Positions 38,363-46,959 of a stretch of 64,000 nucleotides of DNA are shown here, piece by piece. A model generated the notes under the pieces. It was not told the origin of the DNA and searched no databases. It worked only from the letters and a program-made list of their open reading frames with translations. A program made the position numbers and the translations under genes. This DNA comes from Deltaproteobacteria bacterium (lineage in GTDB: Bacteria; Myxococcota; Kuafuiibacteriia; Kuafuiibacteriales; Kuafuiibacteriaceae), in assembly GCA_040218735.1 (NCBI GenBank), contig JAVJQW010000023.1, positions 704,001-768,000 of the forward strand, read 5' to 3'. The first letter of the stretch is position 1, and every line of letters begins with the position of its first letter.

Positions 38363-40864
38363 TTGAACCTGCCCGTCACCAAGACCGCGCCGGCGCTCGC
38401 CCCCGCGCCGCGCCACCGCGCGGCGACGCTGAATCGGCTCCTCGCGCCCTTCTTCGACCGAATTCGCATCGACGAGGAGGACGCGCACCGCCTGCGGAGC
38501 GCCCACGAGAAGGGGATCGTCGTCCACGTCCTGCGCGCCTCGCGCGCGATGGACCCGCTGTACATCCTCTACGCCCTCGAGCGCCTCGGGCTACCGGCGC
38601 CCGGCTGGCTGCACGATCACTTCGCGGCCAAGAACAGCGCCCGCGTCACGGAGCTCATCCAAACGGTCGAAGGCGAGCAGACGGCCCTCCTGTTCCTGAA
38701 GCGCCCCAAGACACTCCTCAGCTCCAGCTCGTCGTACCAAGAGCGCTACGTCGAGGCGCTCCTCGACCTGCAGCGGAAGACGGACCGGCCCATACTCTTA
38801 CTCCCGGAGACGCTGAACTGGGAGAAACGCGCAGTCGGTCTACGACGCACGATCATCGATTCGATCTTCGGGGACCGCGACGCCCCGGGCCGGATGCGCG
38901 AGGCGCTCGGGTTCTTCTGGCACCACCGCTCGTCGCGCTTCCACGTCGGCGCGCCGGTCGACCTCGCCGCGGTCATCGAGCGCGAGAAGGGCCAGCGCAA
39001 CGAGGTCATCGCCAAGAAGATCCGCTGGGCGATCCTCCACCACCTCACGCGCGAGGAGCAGATCCGCACCGGCCCCGTCCACCGCTCCGCGGCGCGCACG
39101 CGACAGAACGTGCTCAACGACGGGAGTGTCCGGCGCTTCTTCCAGGAGCGCGTCAAACAGGGCGCTGAGCTGCCGGACCTCGAGAAGAAGGCCGACGAGA
39201 TCCTCCGCGGCGTCGCCGCGGACATGCGCTACGGCTGGCTGCGGGTCCTCGACGCGATCATCGACGTCATCTGGCACCGCATCTACGACGGCATCGTCGT
39301 CGACGAAGAGGGCCTCGCCGCCGTTCGCCGCGCGGCGCGGAAGGGCTCGGTGGTCCTCGTCCCGAGCCACAAGAGCCACGTCGACTACCTCGTCCTGTCG
39401 CAGGTGTTCTTCAAGGACGGGATGATGCCCCCGCACATCGCGGCCGGCGACAACCTCAACTTCTGGCCGATCGGCCACATCTTCCGGCGGTCGGGCGCGT
39501 TCTTCATCCGGCGTAGCTTCAAGGGCGACAAGCTCTACACGATCCTCTTCGGCGCGTACGTGCGACGCCTCCTCCGCGAGGGGCACGCCGTGGAGTTCTT
39601 CATCGAGGGTGGACGCAGCCGGACCGGGAAGCTCCTCCCGCCGAAGATGGGGATGCTGTCGATGTGCGCCGACCCGGTGCTCGAAGGATCGATCAACGAC
39701 GTCTCCTTCATCCCGGTGTCGATCGGCTACGAGAAGGTCGTCGAGGCGAAGTCGTACGCGAAGGAGCTACACGGCGGCGAGAAGAAGAAGGAGGCCGTCG
39801 CGGGCCTGCTCTCCTCGACGCGGGTGCTCGCCTCCAAGTACGGGCGTGTCTACGTCGACTTCGCGCAGCCGATCTCCCTGCGCGTGTTCGCCGCCGCACG
39901 CGGCCACGAGATCGGACGCGAGGACAACGAGGGCCACCGCCGCGTACTCATCGGCCAGCTCGGACACCGCATGGTCTACGGCATCAACGAGGTCACGCGC
40001 GTCACGCCGACGAGCGTCGCTGCGCTGGTGCTCCTCGGCGGAACCCAGCGCGGGATCGCCGAGGAAGATCTGTACGCCGGCGCCGACCGGGCGATCGACT
40101 TCCTCCAGGCGAAGAAGGCGCGCCTGTCGGAGGTCCTCGCGCCGAACACCCGACGCGCCGCGCTCCGCGAAGCGCTCGGCCGCTTCGCGAGCGAAGGCCT
40201 CGTCGTCATGACCCCCGCGCCCGACGGCGCGACGATCTACCAGGTCAACGACGCCGGCCGCCTCGCGCTCGACTACTACAAGAACAACATCCTGCACTTC
40301 TTCGTGCCGTACGCCGTGGTCGCGCTCGCGGTGCTCGCGAGCGGCGACGCCGCCGTCCCCGAAGCCGACGTTCGCGTCCGCGCGCAGGAGCTGTCGCGCC
40401 TCCTCAAACACGAGTTCTCGTTCCGCGTGGACAAGAGCTTCGACGACAACTTCGCCGAGGCACTCGACGGGCTCGTCGCGCGCCGCACGGTGGTCGCCGA
40501 GGACGGCACCATCGCCCTCACCACCAACGGCCGCACCGAGGCTCACGCGCTCGCGGGGCTGCTCGCGGTCTTCCTCGAAGCCTACCGGCTCGTCGCCGAG
40601 ACCCTCGGCGAGCTCACCGAGGAGACCCCCGAAAAGGCGTTCCTCGCCCTGGCCCTCCGCCGCGGCGGCCGCCAGAGCCTCGAGGGACGCATCGCGCGGG
40701 CCGAGGCCGTCTCCCAGCCCCTGATGAAGTCGGGCCTCGCGCTCCTCCGCGAAGACGGCGTCGCCGACAAGAGCGGTCATATCAAAGTGTTGGACGAGGC
40801 CGGCCGGAAGGAGGTCGTCGAGCAGCTCGGCGTCTACCTCGGCGCCCTCATCCGCCCCGCCTGA
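38363..40864 (+). CDS. plsB: Glycerol-3-phosphate acyltransferase
   Basis: HKSHVD (HxxxxD), GAFFIRR, FFIEGGRSRTGK and IGYEK; start uncertain. Confidence 0.88.
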   Translation: MNLPVTKTAPALAPAPRHRAATLNRLLAPFFDRIRIDEEDAHRLRSAHEKGIVVHVLRASRAMDPLYILYALERLGLPAPGWLHDHFAAKNSARVTELIQTVEGEQTALLFLKRPKTLLSSSSSYQERYVEALLDLQRKTDRPILLLPETLNWEKRAVGLRRTIIDSIFGDRDAPGRMREALGFFWHHRSSRFHVGAPVDLAAVIEREKGQRNEVIAKKIRWAILHHLTREEQIRTGPVHRSAARTRQNVLNDGSVRRFFQERVKQGAELPDLEKKADEILRGVAADMRYGWLRVLDAIIDVIWHRIYDGIVVDEEGLAAVRRAARKGSVVLVPSHKSHVDYLVLSQVFFKDGMMPPHIAAGDNLNFWPIGHIFRRSGAFFIRRSFKGDKLYTILFGAYVRRLLREGHAVEFFIEGGRSRTGKLLPPKMGMLSMCADPVLEGSINDVSFIPVSIGYEKVVEAKSYAKELHGGEKKKEAVAGLLSSTRVLASKYGRVYVDFAQPISLRVFAAARGHEIGREDNEGHRRVLIGQLGHRMVYGINEVTRVTPTSVAALVLLGGTQRGIAEEDLYAGADRAIDFLQAKKARLSEVLAPNTRRAALREALGRFASEGLVVMTPAPDGATIYQVNDAGRLALDYYKNNILHFFVPYAVVALAVLASGDAAVPEADVRVRAQELSRLLKHEFSFRVDKSFDDNFAEALDGLVARRTVVAEDGTIALTTNGRTEAHALAGLLAVFLEAYRLVAETLGELTEETPEKAFLALALRRGGRQSLEGRIARAEAVSQPLMKSGLALLREDGVADKSGHIKVLDEAGRKEVVEQLGVYLGALIRPA

Positions 40865-40907
40865 ATCGCCCCATCCTGGCCCACGGGCCGGTGCCCCAGA
40901 GATCCGT

Positions 40908-40933
40908 TGTCACAGTTGCGCAAGAGCGTGACA
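40908..40933. promoter_or_regulatory. Candidate operator upstream of the lipoprotein/LruC operon
   Basis: TGTCAC-N14-GTGACA inverted repeat with an internal TTGCGCAA palindrome. Confidence 0.4.
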
Positions 40934-41014
40934 CTCTCGATAGTTATCTTCCGGTTTTGAGCGACGGATTCCGACGCGTGAAATCGGGACCGCGAGCGCT
41001 CGGGGAACACATCC

Positions 41015-41398
41015 ATGTCGAAATCCATCTACCTGTGGGCCGTGCTGGCCGTCGCCGCGATCGCGGCCTGCAGCAACGGCCCCGCCGACACCACGCCCAC
41101 CGACAACCTCGATCGGGTCGAGATCCCGGAAGACTTCAGCTTCGTGACGAAGAAGTCCGTCGCCCTGAAGGTCCGCGCCGCCGCGAGCGTCGTCGAGAAC
41201 GGCGCCGCGCTCGAGGTCAAACGCGAGGACGGCCGTATCCTGTACATGGGTCCGATCCAGGCCGGGCAGGACGTCGACCTGAAGCTCAACCTCCCCACCA
41301 AGGACGAAGCGGTCACCGTGACGCTCCAGTCCAACGATACCGCCCAGTCGGCGCGTGTGCTGATCGACTCGGGTGAAGCGACGGCGGAGTTCGAATGA
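41015..41398 (+). CDS. Small lipoprotein coupled to the LruC-domain gene
   Basis: Lipobox AIAAC, VEIPEDFSFVTKKS; ATGA overlap with the next gene. Confidence 0.8.
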   Translation: MSKSIYLWAVLAVAAIAACSNGPADTTPTDNLDRVEIPEDFSFVTKKSVALKVRAAASVVENGAALEVKREDGRILYMGPIQAGQDVDLKLNLPTKDEAVTVTLQSNDTAQSARVLIDSGEATAEFE

Positions 41399-44300
41399 TG
41401 AAGCGGCTCAGCGGACTCCTCCTCCTCTCGACCCTCGTCGCCACACCCGCGTGGGCGTTCGACGCCGACGGCGACGGCACCAAGGACGCCCTCGACGCGT
41501 TCCCCTGCGAGCCCAACGCGGTGGGCGCCGCGTTCTATCCGGCGCAGGGCGACCACGGGATGCTGATGTTCGAGGACCTGTGGCCGAACTACGGCGACAA
41601 GGACTTCAACGACGCGGTCATCGCGTACAACTACATTCACAAGCTCGATGCGGCCGGCGACGTCGTGCAGATCAAGCTGACGCTCAACGTGCTCGCGATC
41701 GGCGCCGAGCTGCGCAGCGGCCTCGGCCTGCGCCTCCCCGTCCCGCGCAACGCGGTGGCGGGCGTGTCGCTCTCGCGCATCACGCACCACAAGGACAAAC
41801 ACACCTCGGTCAACCTCGCCCCGTCGACGAGCGACACCGAGCTCGTGGTCCGCATCTCCAACGACCTGCGTGAGTTCTTCGCCGACTTCGGATCCGCGGT
41901 GAACACCGTCGACATCTACGACCGGCTGCACGGCGAGACCGTCGAGGTCACCATCAGCTTCTGGCAGCCCACGACGGTCGACCTGAACGAGGCCCCCTAC
42001 GACCTGTTCCTCTTCCGCACCGACAACCCGTCGCACGAGCTGCACCGCCCCGAGTACCGCGGCACCGCGGCGATGGACACGGCGCTGTTCAACACCGGCG
42101 ACGACGGCTCCACCGCCACGCGCGCGTTCACGTCGATCCACGGCCTCCCGTTCGCGCTCGACTTTCCGACGCTCGTCCCCTACCCGGCCGAGGGCGTCCG
42201 CATCGACACCCTCTTCCCGAACATCACCGCGTGGGCCTCGTCGGGCGGCGCGACGAACCAGGACTTCTACACGAACGGCGTCCTCGCCTCCGCGATCTTC
42301 AAGGACGCGAAGGGCTACGGTCCTATCACCCCGTCGTTCATCGGGCCGGACCACCTCCCCGCCGAGACCGGCTGCATCCAGGACTGGGGCGTCGCCGTGG
42401 AGTGGGGCTCCGTCGCGAGCCGCTACTCCAAGAGCGCCGTCGTCGACGCCGCGGGCATCGCGACGGTCACCGGCTACACACGCAGCGCGTTCACCGGCCA
42501 GACCTACGCGGGTGGGCTCGACGCCTTCGTCGCGCGCTACGACACCACCAACGGCAACCTGATCTGGGCCACGCAGTTCGGCAGCAGCGGCGACGACGCC
42601 GGACGTGACATCGTCGCGGACGGCGCGCACGTGTACGTGGTCGGCGACGTCGAAGGTGCGATCCACGGCCAAACCCATGCGGGCGGCGCGGACGCCTTCG
42701 TCACCAAGCTCGACAACACCGGCGCCGTGGTGTGGACGCGCCTCTTCGGCGGCGGCGCGAACGAGCTCGGCTACGGCATCACCGTCGACGCCGCGGGCAA
42801 CGTGTACATCGCCGGCGGCTCGACCTCGGCCTCGCTCCCCGGCGGCACCTCGCCCGGCAACACGCCGGCGAGCTTCCTCGTGAAGTTCGACGCGGACGGC
42901 ACCCGCCTGTGGACGCAGCACTACGTCACCGACGCCGCCAACGGCACGAGCTACAGCTACTCGACCGACGTCACCGTCGACCCGACCTCGCAGGACCTCT
43001 ACGTCGTCGGCACCGAGCGACGCTTCACGCAGTCGGCCAACGCGGCGGTGAACCAGTTCCTCGCGCGCCACAGCGCGGCGACGGGCGCGCAGACTTGGAT
43101 CGAGCACATCGGCGACCACGGCTACCGCGCGAGCGCGACCGACTTCCGCTACAGCTACGCGTACGGCGTCACCGCCGACTCGCTCGACGGCAGCGCCTAC
43201 GTCGTCGGCTACTGGTACGGCGGCCCCGCGGTCAGCGCGTGGGCCGGCTACACCCGCGCGACGGGCGACGCCTCCCCGGACGCAACCATCGCGAAGTTCG
43301 CGAACAACGGCGCCTCGCGCTGGCAGTACGCGATCGCTTCGACCGACGGCCAGGAAGACTTCGCGTGGGCCGTGCTCGCCGACGGCGTCGGCGGCTCCGT
43401 CTACGTCACCGGCCGCACCGCGGGCTCGCTCCCGGGGCAGGCGAACGTCGGCGCGACCGACTACTTCATCCGCTCGTACGCCTACGACGGCACGCAGCGC
43501 TGGACGGTCCAGAGCGGCGGCTACGCGTTCGACTCGGGGCACGTCGCGGCCGTCCACAACACGTCACAGACCACCGGCGACGTGTACGTCGTGGGCAACG
43601 CGACGGCGGTGCACAGCAACGACTGGAGCACGTGGGACATCATCCTCACCCTGCTCGACCGCGACGACGGCTCGCTCCTCTCGAGCAACGCCGCGCGCCG
43701 CCTCGGCTGGGTGACCGGCACGCCCGGGATGTGCTCGACGACGTGCGGCCAGGGCACGGCACCGTGGACCGTCACGTGCGTGCGCGCCGACGGCTCGACC
43801 GCGCCCGACAGCGAGTGCTCTGGCCTCAAGCACCCGGGCCCCGCGGCGGACTGCTGGGACTACTCGTTCTGCACGCAGACCTGGCAGACCGAGGTGTGGT
43901 CGTCGTGCAGCACGAGCTGCGGCGCCGGAACGCAAACGCGCGCGGTCTACTGCGAGCGCGACGACGGCATCATCCTCCCGGACTCGGACTGCGCGGGCGA
44001 GCCGCGGCCGAACGAGAGGCAGACGTGCACCGACCTGTCGGAGTGTGAGTACGACTGGGCGCTCGGCGCCTGGAGCGTGTGCAGCGTGAATGGCTGCGCG
44101 ACGGGCACGCAGGGGCGCGCGGTCTCGTGTCAGCGGAGCGACGGCGCTTCGGTGGCGGATTCGTTCTGCCCGGTGCCGCGTCCGACGACGACGCAGACCT
44201 GCGGCGGCGCGAACTGCACGCCGACGACCTGCGCGGACCTCCTCGCCAACAACAACACGCGGAGTGGCGAGTACACGATCTTCCCGAATGGCTCCGGCAC

Positions 44301-44742
44301 CTCCGGCGTGGGTGTGTATTGCGACATGACCTCGAGCGGCGGCGGCTGGACGAACCTCGACCTCGCCAACGACATCGTTCACCTGGAGAACGGCCACGCG
44401 ATCCACTGCAGCGGCGGTCTGACGACGACCGCGAACAGCGTGACCTGCGCGGGGCCGTACTTCGACAACGACACGTCGAAGCTGCTCTACCAGTTCGGCT
44501 GCGGCGGCAACGATCGCAGCGCCGACTACCTGCTGGACCACGCCGCCACGATGCTCGGCCACAACGACGCGCCCGTGCTCGGCTACGCCGGCATCGCGCA
44601 GGACGGCGCAAGCATCGCGAGCGGGAGTGAGTACTGCTACGCGAGCGGCGCGGTGTACCCGTGGCACGCTCCGCAGTGCGCGCCGTACAACGCGGAAGGC
44701 AACGGCAGCTGCAAGCTGACGACGTTCACGCTGTCGCGGTAG
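41395..44742 (+). CDS. Secreted LruC/DUF4842-domain protein with SBBP propeller, TSP1 repeats and a fibrinogen-like C-terminal domain
   Basis: Signal peptide ending in AWA, DADGDG..DAFP, FEDLWP..GDKDFND, VDAAGNVYIAG repeats, WSSCSTSCGAGTQTRAVYC-type repeats, and TCAD..SGEYTI..VYCDMTSSGGGWT. Confidence 0.85.
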   Translation: MMKRLSGLLLLSTLVATPAWAFDADGDGTKDALDAFPCEPNAVGAAFYPAQGDHGMLMFEDLWPNYGDKDFNDAVIAYNYIHKLDAAGDVVQIKLTLNVLAIGAELRSGLGLRLPVPRNAVAGVSLSRITHHKDKHTSVNLAPSTSDTELVVRISNDLREFFADFGSAVNTVDIYDRLHGETVEVTISFWQPTTVDLNEAPYDLFLFRTDNPSHELHRPEYRGTAAMDTALFNTGDDGSTATRAFTSIHGLPFALDFPTLVPYPAEGVRIDTLFPNITAWASSGGATNQDFYTNGVLASAIFKDAKGYGPITPSFIGPDHLPAETGCIQDWGVAVEWGSVASRYSKSAVVDAAGIATVTGYTRSAFTGQTYAGGLDAFVARYDTTNGNLIWATQFGSSGDDAGRDIVADGAHVYVVGDVEGAIHGQTHAGGADAFVTKLDNTGAVVWTRLFGGGANELGYGITVDAAGNVYIAGGSTSASLPGGTSPGNTPASFLVKFDADGTRLWTQHYVTDAANGTSYSYSTDVTVDPTSQDLYVVGTERRFTQSANAAVNQFLARHSAATGAQTWIEHIGDHGYRASATDFRYSYAYGVTADSLDGSAYVVGYWYGGPAVSAWAGYTRATGDASPDATIAKFANNGASRWQYAIASTDGQEDFAWAVLADGVGGSVYVTGRTAGSLPGQANVGATDYFIRSYAYDGTQRWTVQSGGYAFDSGHVAAVHNTSQTTGDVYVVGNATAVHSNDWSTWDIILTLLDRDDGSLLSSNAARRLGWVTGTPGMCSTTCGQGTAPWTVTCVRADGSTAPDSECSGLKHPGPAADCWDYSFCTQTWQTEVWSSCSTSCGAGTQTRAVYCERDDGIILPDSDCAGEPRPNERQTCTDLSECEYDWALGAWSVCSVNGCATGTQGRAVSCQRSDGASVADSFCPVPRPTTTQTCGGANCTPTTCADLLANNNTRSGEYTIFPNGSGTSGVGVYCDMTSSGGGWTNLDLANDIVHLENGHAIHCSGGLTTTANSVTCAGPYFDNDTSKLLYQFGCGGNDRSADYLLDHAATMLGHNDAPVLGYAGIAQDGASIASGSEYCYASGAVYPWHAPQCAPYNAEGNGSCKLTTFTLSR

Positions 44743-44760
44743 CGCGCGGACGCTAACGAA

Positions 44761-45540
44761 TCAGAACCGGCCGCCGAGGGTGAGCATGCCGCCGTCGGGG
44801 GTGACGCCGCCCGAGAGGGCGAGGTCGCCTTCGTCGTCGCCGCCCGTGGTGACCAGTAAGACCACGCCGACCGCGCCGAGGACGGCGCCGCCGATGAACG
44901 CGACGTCCGCGATGGCGGCGTTGCGGTCGACGTCGTCCTTGAGCGACTGGAGGCGAGCCATGTCGCTCTCGTCCTTCTCGTCTTCGAATTTGCCGTTGGC
45001 CTGAAGCGCGACGACGCCGAAGGCGGCGCCGACGAGGACGGCGGCGGCACCTGTTCCGATCAGCGCGTACTCGAGGGCGCGGCTCTTCTGCGGCTTCTGC
45101 GTGCGCACCGTGACCGGCGGGCCGGCGGTCGTCGTGCCCGAGGGCGGCGGGACCACGCCGCCGCCGGTCGGAGGCGGAGGCGCCTCCGCGGCGCGGCGCG
45201 CGGCCTGTTCACGCTTGAGCGCGCCGAGCGACTGAAGCGCCTTGGCGCGGAGATCCGCGGTCGTGCCCGGCAGCGCGAGGAACCGTTCGTAGGCCTCGAT
45301 CGCCTCCTCGGACTGCAGTGACTTCTCGTGCGCGCGCGCGATGTTGTAGACGAGCTCCGGCTGCTGCCGAATCTCGTACGCGCGCTCGAACTCGACGATC
45401 GCCTCGGCGTACTGCTTGTTGCGGTACGCGTTCATCGCCTTGGTGACGGTCTCGTTGAAGCCATCGTCCTGCGCCTCGGCGGGGGTGGCCGAAGTCAGGA
45501 ACAGCGCTCCGAAGAGGAGCGCAGCGGTCGTTTTCGTCAT
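44761..45540 (-). CDS. Secreted TPR protein with C-terminal hydrophobic segments
   Basis: Start MTKTTAALLF..AEA, TPR AIVEFERAY..LVYNIARAHE, terminal LGGRF. Confidence 0.78.
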   Translation of the reverse strand: MTKTTAALLFGALFLTSATPAEAQDDGFNETVTKAMNAYRNKQYAEAIVEFERAYEIRQQPELVYNIARAHEKSLQSEEAIEAYERFLALPGTTADLRAKALQSLGALKREQAARRAAEAPPPPTGGGVVPPPSGTTTAGPPVTVRTQKPQKSRALEYALIGTGAAAVLVGAAFGVVALQANGKFEDEKDESDMARLQSLKDDVDRNAAIADVAFIGGAVLGAVGVVLLVTTGGDDEGDLALSGGVTPDGGMLTLGGRF

Positions 45541-45541
45541 C

Positions 45542-46927
45542 TCAGTTGTCACCCACGCAGCCCGGCGCTTCGCCGGGCCGACCGTCCGCCATGAAGATGT
45601 TGTCCGCGAGCCAACACATCCGCAGAAGCTCGGCGTCCGTCGGAATCTCTCCGGGTTCGTAACGCACATTGCCCCGCGAGTCCGTCATTCCGCCGAGGAA
45701 CGGGAACATTCGCGCCTCTTCCGTATTCGGAGTCAGGCTGGAGATGGCCGCCTCCGCATCGATCTGCACGTCATTCGGGACGATTGCCTCGTTGACGGAG
45801 ATGTACGCCATGCTCAAGTCCGGCGTCCCGCGAATTTGATCCCACACGAGCTGCGACGGATCCCATGTCCCCGCCTTCATGTCGTTGATGATGCGCTCGA
45901 GGCGCGGGCCCCAGTTCCAGTACGCGGACGCGAGGCAGCGGTCGGGCACGAAGCTGCACGAGTCGGGGTTGTCGTAGCCGAGCGCAAAGACCGGGACGCT
46001 GGACGTCGTCGTTCGTCGCGGGCACGGGCTCTCGTCCGCGCCGCACGCGGTGCGCATCGGAATGAGGGTGTCGGTGAAGCCGAAGATGATGTCGGTGTCG
46101 GCCTGTTCGATGAGGCGGTCGGTCATCGCCGCCTCCACCGGTGGGTCGAACCACTTCTGGACCCACTCGATGTGAACCTGCACCGTCGGGTCGACGGAGC
46201 GCACGCCCTGCGCGAACGCATTTGCGTGGCGCACGGTCTCCGGAATGATCACCGGACCGACGATCCCGACGTGCCCGGTCCGCGTCTGGCGCGCCGCGAT
46301 GATCCCCATCATGTACATGACCTGGTACATCCGGCCGAAGTACGAGCCGAGGTTCGGCGTGCTCGTGAAGCCAGAGCACAGCAGGAAGTTCACGTTCGGG
46401 TTGTTCGCCGCCATCGTCTGGATCGGCACGAGGAAGTCGAAGCTCGTGCCGACGATGATGTTGTTGCCCTGGTCGATGAACGTCTGCATGACCTGAGCCG
46501 CGTTCGCCGGGTTCACCGTGGGCTCGAACTGCGTCGTGATCCCCGAGATGTTCTGCTCCAGGTACTGACGGCTGTCCTCGTGGGTCTTCGTCCACCCGTG
46601 GTCACCCGTCGGCCCGACGTAGAGGAAGCCGATCGAGGGGTCCGGGACGGCCGCGGGGAACTTGAACGTGCACATCCCCGATGCGCCACACTCCGAGATG
46701 TCCTCGTTCGCGCAGTCGCTGTTCGACGCGCACGTGCTCGTGCACCGATTCGAACGACACACGTAACCTCCGCAGGTCGTGTCGTCCTCGCAGTTGTTCC
46801 CGAACTTGGTCACGTCGATCTCGTCGGGGATGTCTTGAATCTCGGGGAGCTCCGGGTTCAGGAGCGCCGAACAGCCGGTGAGTCCGGCGATCGCCACGCT
46901 GAAGATCGGTGCGATTGATTTGTGCAT
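45542..46927 (-). CDS. BMP-family (purine nucleoside-binding type) lipoprotein with a Cys-rich N-terminal insert
   Basis: Lipobox LTGC, GFLYVGPTGDHGWT, GTSF, NAFAQG, WFDP and YWNWG. Confidence 0.85.
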   Translation of the reverse strand: MHKSIAPIFSVAIAGLTGCSALLNPELPEIQDIPDEIDVTKFGNNCEDDTTCGGYVCRSNRCTSTCASNSDCANEDISECGASGMCTFKFPAAVPDPSIGFLYVGPTGDHGWTKTHEDSRQYLEQNISGITTQFEPTVNPANAAQVMQTFIDQGNNIIVGTSFDFLVPIQTMAANNPNVNFLLCSGFTSTPNLGSYFGRMYQVMYMMGIIAARQTRTGHVGIVGPVIIPETVRHANAFAQGVRSVDPTVQVHIEWVQKWFDPPVEAAMTDRLIEQADTDIIFGFTDTLIPMRTACGADESPCPRRTTTSSVPVFALGYDNPDSCSFVPDRCLASAYWNWGPRLERIINDMKAGTWDPSQLVWDQIRGTPDLSMAYISVNEAIVPNDVQIDAEAAISSLTPNTEEARMFPFLGGMTDSRGNVRYEPGEIPTDAELLRMCWLADNIFMADGRPGEAPGCVGDN

Positions 46928-46959
46928 CGTTGCCCTCTCGTCCCTCTACACGAAGCGAC

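Noticed and set aside
41390-41400. Possible frameshift splitting a single LruC gene
   Set aside because: The second ORF has its own complete signal peptide and a standard ATGA overlap, and the paralogue at 24048 ends at nearly the same position.
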